Shown: positions 20,009-30,400 of the stretch, in pieces
Layout: every line of letters begins with the position of its first letter
Numbering within the stretch: position 1 is the stretch's first letter
Assembly (NCBI GenBank): GCA_020184695.1
Contig: JAANOX010000033.1
Location: 186,001-250,000, forward strand
Length of the DNA stretch: 64,000 bases
Direction of reading: 5' to 3'
Source: Histomonas meleagridis 2922-C6/04-290x
Lineage: Eukaryota > Protista > Parabasalia
The notes under the pieces: generated by a model
Databases searched by the model: none
What the model was told of the DNA's origin: nothing
Seen by the model: the letters and a program-made list of their open reading frames with translations, nothing else
Program-made: the position numbers and the translations under genes

Positions 20009-20911
20009 ATGAAGCAAGAAAACAACCTAGTGATCTCTTGTAGCAATACATCAGACTTAATACTAAAATGCACCAGTAGCAATATTGTTTTGGAGCAACT
20101 CAAATTAACAACTGATATCAATGAATTAACTCTTCGAATTAAAAGTTTTATAATAAAAAACAAAATAACCAAATGCACTTTCAATGTACAAAATTTAAAG
20201 ATGGATTTCATCCAAAAAATATTAAATACAGTTTTGGGAACTGGGAAATGTTCCATTGAATTTAATACACCAAAAAAGATTCAAATAGATTCTTTAAATC
20301 CAATTATGTCATTCACGTCAACTGGAAAAAAGAATGGTAAGTCACATGTATTTTTTCACATCCTTCAAAATATTTCTCATGCTTATAACAAAATTTGTGT
20401 AATTATACCAACAAGCAAAGAATGTTTCGAAGAAATTTCCCTTAACAGCATATCATCAGTTTCGTTAAATACAAAAGAGAGAAATTTTATACTAAAACTA
20501 CAGAAGCTTGGATTAGTTCAAAATGTTATAATTTCCAATGATATCAAAAAGGCAATTTACAAATCTGATGATATTGCGGACTTAACTATTTTATATACAC
20601 CTCAATGTGAGTCTCCATCTATAGACAGTACAATCTTTTGTGTTGTTTCTTATGATACATTGTTTGGCAATGTTCGTGACACAACACTATGGCCTGGTCT
20701 TATAAACTTACATAAAGATTATAATTTTATTGTAACAAAAAAGGAATTTACTCAAGAAGAAAGCGAAAGGTGTAAATACTTGTTTAAGGATAATAATGTT
20801 TTTCTTGCAAGTATTAATGATGATGAAGTTAACATTGATGATAACTTCGATTTTGTTATACAAAATTATGATACAAAAAACATAATACAGTTTCATATTT
20901 ATCATTTTTAA
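20009..20911 (+). CDS. Hypothetical protein
   Basis: ORF 19931..20911 with first ATG at 20009. No family recognised. Confidence 0.55.
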   Translation: MKQENNLVISCSNTSDLILKCTSSNIVLEQLKLTTDINELTLRIKSFIIKNKITKCTFNVQNLKMDFIQKILNTVLGTGKCSIEFNTPKKIQIDSLNPIMSFTSTGKKNGKSHVFFHILQNISHAYNKICVIIPTSKECFEEISLNSISSVSLNTKERNFILKLQKLGLVQNVIISNDIKKAIYKSDDIADLTILYTPQCESPSIDSTIFCVVSYDTLFGNVRDTTLWPGLINLHKDYNFIVTKKEFTQEESERCKYLFKDNNVFLASINDDEVNIDDNFDFVIQNYDTKNIIQFHIYHF

Positions 20912-21035
20912 ATATAAATGACATAATCAGTGCTGATCAAATGTCATTAGGTAGCTTATGAATATTGAATTTTTATAAATACTATCATTAAAATAAAAAT
21001 TTATAAAATTTAAAATTTTATTTTTTAATGAAATA

Positions 21036-21530
21036 TTATTTCATTTGTTGGAAATTGAAATCTTCAATATTTGGAATTCTGGATTTTTTTCCATAATAAT
21101 CAAACCATCCTTGGAAAAAGATGCACCTTTTATTATTTAAGGGATCTCTTGACATCATTCCATATTTTTTCATGGTTAAATAACGTGCATTCAAACAATT
21201 ATGTGTATATGTGTTAAATTTTTTCTCTTTCATTATTTTTGCCATAGATATAGCAAAATCACCTACTGTAAAATTAATCGAAGAGAACTTTTGATCTGGA
21301 TCATCATGGATCCAAATTCTTTTTTGAAATTTAAAATTTCTTCCTGGAATATAATTATTACACCTTGTTACATGAACAAAATTGTCATTCATATATTCGA
21401 TCATATAATATCCAGTAACTGATGTGATGACAGTTGCTGAATGACAGAGAACAACACCATAACAATCAATACATGATGGAATTGACAAAGGTCTTCTTAC
21501 AGCAACTCCTGAAATGACTTTGGAATTCAT
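21036..21530 (-). CDS. Putative permuted papain-like (PPPDE/LRAT-like) protein
   Basis: LCHSATVI...YYMIEY (His strand) and FNTYTHNC (Cys motif like YxLxxxNC) are in permuted order. Confidence 0.55.
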   Translation of the reverse strand: MNSKVISGVAVRRPLSIPSCIDCYGVVLCHSATVITSVTGYYMIEYMNDNFVHVTRCNNYIPGRNFKFQKRIWIHDDPDQKFSSINFTVGDFAISMAKIMKEKKFNTYTHNCLNARYLTMKKYGMMSRDPLNNKRCIFFQGWFDYYGKKSRIPNIEDFNFQQMK

Positions 21531-21658
21531 TTCAAAGGAAGATATATTACATTTTATCTGAGGGATTAAATTAGACGCGTGAACCTTAATTGGAAATATA
21601 TTTTATATGATAAAATTTTAACTTTAACTCAAAAGCTTTAGTTTTTTCTTTTCGTTTA

Positions 21659-22671
21659 CCCTTCTGTCTTTCCAATCAGCGATTTTTACGACCGGTAAAA
21701 ACCGTTTCTCTCAATATGAATTCTTTGTCTAAAGAAAAAAAATGAATAAATGTTTTATTCATAGATTGACCAAGATTCTTGGATTATATTGGGTTGCAGG
21801 TGTTCCCATGCCCAAACCATGCATTGTGCTGTTGTAATTTAGTAAATTTTTTTTTATTGTTTTGATTGTACCCTATTCGAAACAGATAACGTGCTGTAGT
21901 CTTCAAACACCCGATGGCCCTTCGATTTAATGGTTGAAATTCATCAGTCATACCTGGTGGTATGAAATATAATTTAATCTTCAGAGTTTCTGCCAAAGTT
22001 ACCATACCATTCAAAAACATAACCAGCATGTTTCATCCACATTGACAATTGTACTATTCAACAGAAATTAGTAGGTTTGGTATTGTTTCGATTCAATTAG
22101 ATTTTTCTTAACAGTCACATTTGGTCTCCTTTTAGGATGTAAAACTCTAGAAAAAAGATGATTTCTCTTTTTTATAATCTGCGATATATTGGTGTGAAAC
22201 TAAAAAATCTTTCGTTTTTTCAAAATTTGTTATATCTTGATATTTTGTTAAATATGCATTAATGGCGATTACTATGAAGTCTTCATTGGTAAACACATAA
22301 CCTGGTTGTAAAAAACAACTGACAATAAAATTTATAATTGATTGTTCTTCTATGTCTGTAAATATCCTATGATCACCACCATGATCATTATTCCATGGTC
22401 TCCAAGCAGGATTATGCTTCAATTTATTTTTCCAGGATCTTCGTGTGGAATCAGGAATTCCCTTGTTTGTGCAATTTTAGAAATTCTTGGGTATCCTCTT
22501 GAAATTTGAGTTATAACACATTCGAGAATTGGCCTTTTTTTGTAATTCGTGTAGTCTTTATTAGGTTTTCTAGTCAATATATTGTTGTGCATTGTGGCCA
22601 CGCTAGGCCGTTTACTATTTTTTGAATACTATAAACGGTCGGAAAAATCGCGAATTGGAGAGACATCAGGG
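21659..22671 (-). mobile_element. Defective pogo/Tc1-mariner-superfamily DNA transposon (DDE_1 type)
   Basis: 36-bp TIRs at 21659-21694 and 22636-22671 (30/36 match), flanked by TA at 21657-58 and 22672-73. Contains transposase remnants on the minus strand. Confidence 0.85.
21784..22592 (-). pseudogene. Frameshifted, internally deleted DDE_1 transposase
   Basis: Fragments: PRISKIAQ (HTH-like), RIFTDIEEQSI, FSRVLHPKRRP, IVNVDETCW (22023-22049) and KLYFIPPGMTDEFQPLN. The middle catalytic region is missing. Confidence 0.8.
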
Positions 22672-23561
22672 TAAATTTTTCGGAACAAAAATATAAATGA
22701 TATCAAAGATTTCAAAATCTTTTACTAAATTTTACACACCTACACATGAATAGAATATCAATGGACGTGTGGGAACAATTGGAATTAAAGTTCATGCAGG
22801 GAAACATCATGGTGAAATTTATAGGTTTAAACACCCGAATGGAAAATAAGTATTAATAACTCTGGTACTCATGGAAGTGCTATTTGCTGTTTTGATTACT
22901 ATTACACGTTCAGACAAAAAACTTTTTATATAAGAAATCAATAACCAAATCAAACAGCAATATTCACACCTACATAGGTGGAACATGAACCATTAAAACC
23001 ACCTTCACCAACAAAAACACATATGACTACAGAAGCACCCACCCTGTTGCATTATATGCTATTTGGGGAAGCTCTTGAAGAATTCCAGCGCTAGCACATA
23101 AATATTTGATAATAATGGCGGAACAAGAATAATAATATGCATTATATGTTATGCTGCTAATATATTATACTGAAAAATTCAGTTTTTTATAAAAAAGTAT
23201 CAACAAAAATCATATGCAAATATTAATAAATCATCAATATCGCCAAAAATTTGCTTCAATTAAAAATTGTTTGCAAATAAAACAAAAAATTTTTGATTAC
23301 TGACAATAAATATTTGTCTTAAAGGTGTAGTTTCTTTGATAATCTTTAATAAATATGATATAAATAAATATATTAAAACTTCACATTAAAATCCGCATCT
23401 CTGTTTTTTCTTGCATGTGTTGTACTAACAACAGAAAATTTTGTTTTTACTATAAATATTTATAAACATTTTGTAAAAATTATTTTCTTTTTTATCATAT
23501 GATTCATTTATCGGTATGAATTAACCGTTATAAATTTATAAGATTTTTGCAAAGAAATTTA

Positions 23562-24468
23562 ATGTCAAGCAAGAAAATGACAAATCAAACTAAAAATGAA
23601 TGGAAATTCCTTACATCAATTGAAAAGATAATTTTTAATTTGAACAAGAAAACGGAATGAAAATTAATGATTTCATTATTAATCAAGCAACTGAAATCGG
23701 TAATATATTTCTTGTAAAATATTTCCTTGAAACCAATCAGCGTCCTAAAGATATTTTGGTATATGCAGCTATATCAAATAATCTTGAACTTATTTATTAT
23801 TTTTTAGATCAAAAAGGAATTGATGTTAATGTAAAAGATCAAACTCTTTTCAATATTTTGATGTATAATATGATATATTAATATTTTCATCTGGATTAGG
23901 AAATATTGAACTTGTTGAATACGTTTTAAAACAAGAAGGAATTGATATTAATGCTAAAAATATTTATATGTTTTATTTTATATTTATTTTAATAATTTTA
24001 TATTTCAAAATAATATTTGGAAATTATTTAAATTATTTCTAACAGCACTTATATGGGCATCTAAAAATGGTTATACAGAAATAGTTAAATTACTTCTTGA
24101 ACAAGAAGGAATTGATATTAATGCTAAAGATATTTATTTGTTTTATTTAGAATTTAGTTTAATAATTTTGGATTTCAAAATAATATTTGGAAATTATTTA
24201 AATTATTTAAAACATCACTTATATTAGCATCTTCAAATGGTTATACAGAAATAGTTAAATTACTTCTTGAACAAAAAGGAATTGATATTAATGCTAAAGA
24301 TATTTATTTGTTTTATTTAATATTTATTTTAATAATTTGATATTTCAAAATAATATTTGGAAATTATTTAAATTATTTAAAACATCACTTATTTATGCAT
24401 CTTCAAATGGTTACATAGAAATAGTTAAATTACTTATTGAACATAATAATGCGAACAAAGTCGTGTAA
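23562..24468 (+). pseudogene. Ankyrin gene B: internally deleted paralog with 3 spacer-interrupted modules
   Basis: N-terminus MSSKK...NEWKFLTSIEKIIFNLNKK (23562-23660) is joined out of frame to MKINDFIINQ... Spacers at 23959, 24129 and 24299; modules at 24042, 24212 and 24382; stop at 24468. Confidence 0.75.
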
Positions 24469-24627
24469 GCGAAAAATGCTCACCAAAATAAACCTTATCC
24501 TTAAATAAAATAAGATAAACTTTTCCTATTTCACGTACAACTTTTAGGGTACCCTTAAGGCAGGAGCCCGTTTATGAATTAGTGATTTTTTCCCACGTTA
24601 AAATTTCAGAAATTTTGTTTCTTTCAC

Positions 24628-25095
24628 ATGATCCCAGAAGATGCAGGTGGATTTCCACCAAGAGTTACTCCATTTACGATTTTTATTTCCAGAAATAGAG
24701 AACGTACTGCAATTGAAAACCCAAACTTAACACCAGTAATGATATCACAAAAATTAGCAGCAGAATGGGCTTCATACACTCCTGAACAACGAGCTTTGTA
24801 TAACGAAGAATCTAGTTACTCATTTGAGGAACCTTACAAGCAAAAACAAAATGAATATAACCCATTATGTGAAGCAGTTATCAACGCTGCAAATGACATA
24901 TCAACACTCCCACAACCAACGGATATGGCATCATATGTAAATTGGTTAGGCGCTCAAATTGTTAGTCAATATTATTCAACTCATGGATGCCTCCCACCCG
25001 AATTAATAGAAAACCTTCAAAAAGGAACATTTATGTCACAGCCTCCATCAGACCTTATGAAAAATATTATAAATCAAGCGTCCCAAAATCAATAA
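24628..25095 (+). CDS. HMG-box protein
   Basis: PPRVTPFTIFISRNR...ENPNLTPVMISQKLAAEWASYTPEQRALY is an HMG-box pattern. Confidence 0.85.
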   Translation: MIPEDAGGFPPRVTPFTIFISRNRERTAIENPNLTPVMISQKLAAEWASYTPEQRALYNEESSYSFEEPYKQKQNEYNPLCEAVINAANDISTLPQPTDMASYVNWLGAQIVSQYYSTHGCLPPELIENLQKGTFMSQPPSDLMKNIINQASQNQ

Positions 25096-25397
25096 ATATA
25101 ATTAATTATCAAAATCACAATACCTGAATATACTCTAATTCATTGCATATTCATGATTTTCCCATATTTTGAAAAAAATCTCTTTGAGAAATTTGTTACA
25201 TTTTTTTCAAGTATTTTTATTATTAAAGTTGTACATAAAAATGAAAAAATCATCAAACAAACAAAACAAAGGATGGAACCAATTACATTTTATATCAGAA
25301 AATTATTAAATTATTAAGTGAAATATGTGGATTTAACGTCAAGATAAAGACGCATTCATATGATTAAATTATAAACCTTTAATAGGACATAAATAGG

Positions 25398-25882
25398 TGC
25401 AGTGAAAAACCTGTAGATCCACACCTTGATATAATCCACGCCTACAGTCTAGCATTATTCATAGAGAATGATAATAAATATTTTTGATGATTTTGAAATT
25501 TTCACTAAGGAGAACGTTAACATAAAAAATACTTTTTTCTCGATTTTCGGATCAATTACACAACCGCAGACCAAACCTCCAAATCTTCTCAATCGATTTT
25601 TGGGTGGTAAATTTAGAACGATAGAAAATGATCCCACTTTTTTAAAGAAATTTCTTTCAATTTGATTTTCAAGAAAAATATAAATGACACCTATTTTAAA
25701 TGAAAATGGAAAACGGTTTGGCAAAATACAGCCCGATTAAAAAACATTAAAAAAGTGATGCGTGTCACAATAATTTATTGAATACTTTATGTTTTCTATG
25801 AATTCATATCCCCGATACTGAATATATGTTAAAATTTCTATTTGGTCAAATTTTGTTGTCGGTCTACAGGTTTTTCACGGCA
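25398..25882. mobile_element. MITE-like element (~485 bp) with ~26-bp imperfect terminal inverted repeats
   Basis: Perfect 16-bp IR core GTGAAAAACCTGTAGA (25402-25417) / TCTACAGGTTTTTCAC (25863-25878). No transposase and no clear TSD. Confidence 0.6.
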
Positions 25883-25911
25883 GTTTATATCTTTTCAAAA
25901 AGTATACAATA

Positions 25912-26696
25912 TGTTTATATATTTACATATTGTAACATCAGCGACATCTGCAGAAGCAGCGCATACTATCATTAAACTTCAACAGGAGAATCCAGGGTTT
26001 GACAACATCATAGTTAACACGTGTATTAACTATGTTGGCATAGAAAAAACGTTTAATCGAAATCTTGGCACGATGATTCATTATCTTTTCAGTGTAAGTG
26101 ACAACAACATTTCCATTGTCGAGGGAGGATTTTACACGAGTTATACACAATGCCATACATATTCCATGCATCGAATTACGGGTCTTGCAAACTTATATGC
26201 ATATCTTTTGACGTAAGATGCGATTTCATGGAAAGTATTAAGCATTGTTCGACTTCCTGAAGATGAAACTAATTCTGCGCAACGTGTTTTCATTCGATTC
26301 CTAATGGAAGAACTTGCAAAGAACCTTTCATACGCGGGACTTTTAAAGAAACTCAATAATGATAACGTTGCACAATGGACAAGCGGAATATTCCTTACTG
26401 ATACACTTGAGCACGGGGAATTTGTTGTCATGTTCTTCACGCAAATTAAATTGGAGTTTCTGCTCGAGAAAGTGAATAAAGAAGTGATGAGAATGACCGA
26501 AGAAGTTAACAGGAAACGCGAAGAAGAACTCGCGCTGTTAAGGAAACAAAACGTTGAAACAGTGGAAGAAGTTCAAGTTTTTGATGATAATGATAATGAC
26601 AATAAAATGGAAAACGTCGATGAGTTCTATGAAGAAATAGAAGTCGACGAGGGAAGAAGAAGACATCGTCATAGACACCATCATAGACATCATTGA
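25912..26696 (+). pseudogene. CWC22: CWC22 MA3-domain fragment with in-frame TAA
   Basis: IYLHIVTSATSAEAAHTII...ANLYAYLLT*DAISWKVLSIVRLPEDETNSAQRVFIRFLMEEL aligns by eye to the CWC22 MA3 domain. Stop at 26214-26216; no MIF4G domain upstream. Confidence 0.75.
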
Positions 26697-26997
26697 GGAT
26701 TTATGAATAAAGATTTAATTATAATTCATGTGATGATATTTGGAATATTTTTTATTAAAAATATAAAAATGTTTTGATATAATATGTATGTTTCGGCGGT
26801 ATAGGAAACATTTTATTGATGCTTTGGGTTTATCTTCAATATCAAATCCTTCTTGAAATGTATGTCCAAGTAGAAAAGAATAGCAACAAATAATTGTCTG
26901 ATTTGGAGATATTGGGGCAAGTTGATTTTTACCTTTGAGATTTAAACAACTTAACTAACTTCATGATAAATAATTTTATTATTACAAAAATAATCGC

Positions 26998-27348
26998 TTA
27001 TGCTACTAAAGTCGTGAGCATTGGGTTATCTGACTTTGCGTTTTCATCTCTTTCTTTCTCAACTTCCTTTAGTCTTCGACAATACATTATAACAAACCCG
27101 CCAAAAACAAACAAAGAGAGAAAACGTGTACCAAGAATTACTATGGTAGGTATTAAATTGACCTTGATTGCCATTATTCCAGATGTTTTTGTGGAATTTG
27201 AAGAATTTTTATCTTGAGATTTTTTATATATTTGTATGTTTTTGCCTTTTTCAGTTAGATGTGTTCTCTGTAATTTTGTTGATATTGCATTTGATTTTGT
27301 TTTGAAGAAAAATAAATCAAAATCATTTGACATATGTAAACTGCTCAA
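26998..27348 (-). CDS. Small ORF or remnant ending in one TM helix and a short charged tail
   Basis: LIPTIVILGTRFLSLFVFGGFVIMYCRR followed by a charged tail. Start uncertain. Confidence 0.3.
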   Translation of the reverse strand: MSSLHMSNDFDLFFFKTKSNAISTKLQRTHLTEKGKNIQIYKKSQDKNSSNSTKTSGIMAIKVNLIPTIVILGTRFLSLFVFGGFVIMYCRRLKEVEKERDENAKSDNPMLTTLVA

Positions 27349-27413
27349 AACCTTTCAAAAAGTATTTTTCAGGGAAATATGCATCGTTCATTTTGAATCA
27401 AAATCGTTTCATT

Positions 27414-30400
27414 ATGATGACTGAAAGCACACAGACCCTTGAATCAGAAAATAAAGTAAATAATACATCAATTAATAACCAATCTGTACATATGCAAAAG
27501 TTGATTTCTTTAGAACAGGTTATTTTTAATCTTACAGAAAAAAACTTTGAAATTTCTGTTGCAAAAACAATGAATTTATTTGATAAAGATTTTCCTTTTA
27601 CATTTAATTATTGTATAATTGTTTTAGTTTATTCAGCATTTTCATCTCAAAGAGAATCAATCCAAACATATTTAAATTATTTACAAGAAATTCAAACACA
27701 AGAAGAATCAATTCTTCACAACAATCCAAAAATTATTGAAATTTTTACTAATTATATATCAGAATTTAATACACAAGAGACATATTATATCATTGAAAAA
27801 ATGATTGAAAAAGAATTAATTAATATAAATATTACCAAGAACTTTCATACTAATTATTTTTCACATTATAAAACTGAAGAAGAAAACAAGAAAAACGATT
27901 CTAAAGATCCATTTAATAAAGAATTTAAAAATAATTATGAAAAATTATCAAAGAATGATTGGGAACTTCATAAGCAATTAGTTAGAGAAGGAGTTAATCC
28001 GAATGAAATATCAAAAATCATTCGAAATGATGATATAGAGAAACTTCAAGAAATATCAACACAAGAAGATTTTGATTTTAATCAAATCATTAAACCATCA
28101 CTTTATGAAAGATATTCTTTTATTAACAAAGAAAATGTTACATTAATTGATTTTGCAGCATTTTTTGGAGCAATTCAATGTTTTAAATATTTATTAATGA
28201 ATAATGCAAAAGTCGAAAATACAGGTAAATATGCAATTGCAGGTGGAAATCTTGAAATTATTTATTTATGTGAACAAAATCATTCGACATTTAACAGTGT
28301 TTATGAAATAGCAATTAAATTTCATCGAAATGATATCTTTAAATATATTTATGAAAACAAAATCGAAAAATTAGATCAAAACAATCAACAATATTTATTA
28401 ACATATGTAAGTACAAACAAAATTCCATTTAAAAACTTTGGATATTATATAAGTAACACGCAAACATTAACTGATATTAAATTCCAAGAACAAATTTATC
28501 AATGTATTAATATTGGTAATTATGAAATTCTTTCATTTTTAGAAGAAGAAATCAAATTCGATGAATATATAATTAATGTATCAGCGAAAACAGGTAATTT
28601 ATATCTTGTCGAATATTTTCTTGAACATAATCAAATTCCGAAAAACATTTTAGTTTTTGCATCAGAATCAGGTAATATTGAACTTGTTCAGTATATCATT
28701 AAACAAGAAGGGATTGATATTAATACTAAAAATATTAATTTGTTTGTAATAAAATATGTTTTAATGTTTTGATATTTTAAAATAATATTTGGAATTTTAT
28801 TAAATTATTTAGAACATCTTTAATGATGGCAACTATAAAAGGTTATATAGGAATTGTTCAATTTCTGATAGAACAAGAAGGAATTAACTTTAAACTAAAA
28901 GATATTCGTATGTATTATACAAAATTGATATTAAAATTTTTGGGTTTTAATCAGAAATTTGGAATTTAATTGTTATATTTGATACCGCACTTTTATTGGC
29001 TTCGCAAAATGATCAAACTGAAATATTTAAAATACTTCTTAAGAAAGAAGAAAACATTAATAATAAAAACATTGTTTCTGTTTATTTTATGTTTATTACA
29101 ATAAATTGATATTTTAAATATGGATTAGGTAATTATTTTCAATATTTAAATCAATTTTATATTTTGAAACTAAAAAAAATCACATCGAAATGGTTAAATT
29201 ACTTCTTGAACAAGAAAAAATTGATATTAATGTTAAAGATGTTTATTTATTTTATTTAATATATATTTCAACAATTTACAATTTAAAAATAATATTTGGT
29301 ATTTATTTAATTGATTTAAAGCACCACTTATTATAGCAGTTTCAAATAGATATTTTGAAATGGTTAAGTTACTTCTTGCGCAAGAAGGAATTGACATTAA
29401 TGCTAAAGACATTTATTTGTTTTATTTAATTTTTATTTTAATAATTTTATGTTTAAAAATAATATTTGGAATATATTTAAATTATATGATACAACACTTA
29501 TATTAGCATCTCAATTTGGTTACATAGAAATAGTTAAATTACTTCTTGAAAAGGAAGGAATTGATATTAATGCTAAAGATATTTATTTGTTTTATTTAAT
29601 ATTTATTTTAATGATTTGATATTTCAAAATAATATTTGGAAATTATATGAATTATTTAAAACAGCACTTATTTTGGCATCTTCAAATGGTTATACAGAAA
29701 TAGTTAAATTACTTCTTGAACAAGAAGAAATATATATCAATGCTAAAGATATTTATTTGATTTATTTAATATTTATTATAATAATTTTGGTTTTCAAAAT
29801 AATATTTGGAAATTATTTAAATTATTTAAAACAGCACTTATTTTAGCATCTGAAAAAGGTTATGCAAAAATAGTTAAATTACTTCTTGAAAAGGAAGGAA
29901 TTGATATTAATGCTAAAGATATTTATTTGTTTTATTTAATATTTATTTTAATAATTTGATATTTCAAAATAATATTTGGAAATTATATGAATTATTTAAA
30001 ACAGCACTTATTTTGGCATCTTCAAATGGTTATACAGAAATAGTTAAATTACTTCTTGAACAAGAAGAAATATATATCAATGCTAAAGATATTTATTTGA
30101 TTTATTTAGAATTTATTATAATAATTTTGGTTTTCAAAATAATATTTGGAAATTATTTAAATTATTTTATACAGCACTTATATTAGCATCTTCAAATGGT
30201 TATACAGAAATAGTTAAATTACTTCTTGAACAAAAAGGAATTGATATTAATGCTAAAGATATTTATTTGTTTTATTTAGAATTTAGTTTAATAATTTTGG
30301 ATTTCAAAATAATATTTGGAAATTATTTCAATTATTTTATACAGCACTTATATTAGCATCTTCAAAAGGTTATACAGAAATAGTTAAATTACTTCTTGAA

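Noticed and set aside
22760-23095. Coding-like fragments right of the transposon (GTIGIKVHAG..., NTYDYRSTHP...)
   Set aside because: Multiple stops and no family I can recognise; possible decayed gene, but unsupported.
24546-24555. AGGGTACCCT resembling a transposon end-to-end junction
   Set aside because: The flanks do not match the rest of the 36-bp TIR; it is a short palindrome only.
28778-29117. TAA at the CAA(Gln) position suggesting a TAR=Gln genetic code
   Set aside because: Many clear genes in the window terminate at TAA/TAG. These are simple C>T changes in spacers.
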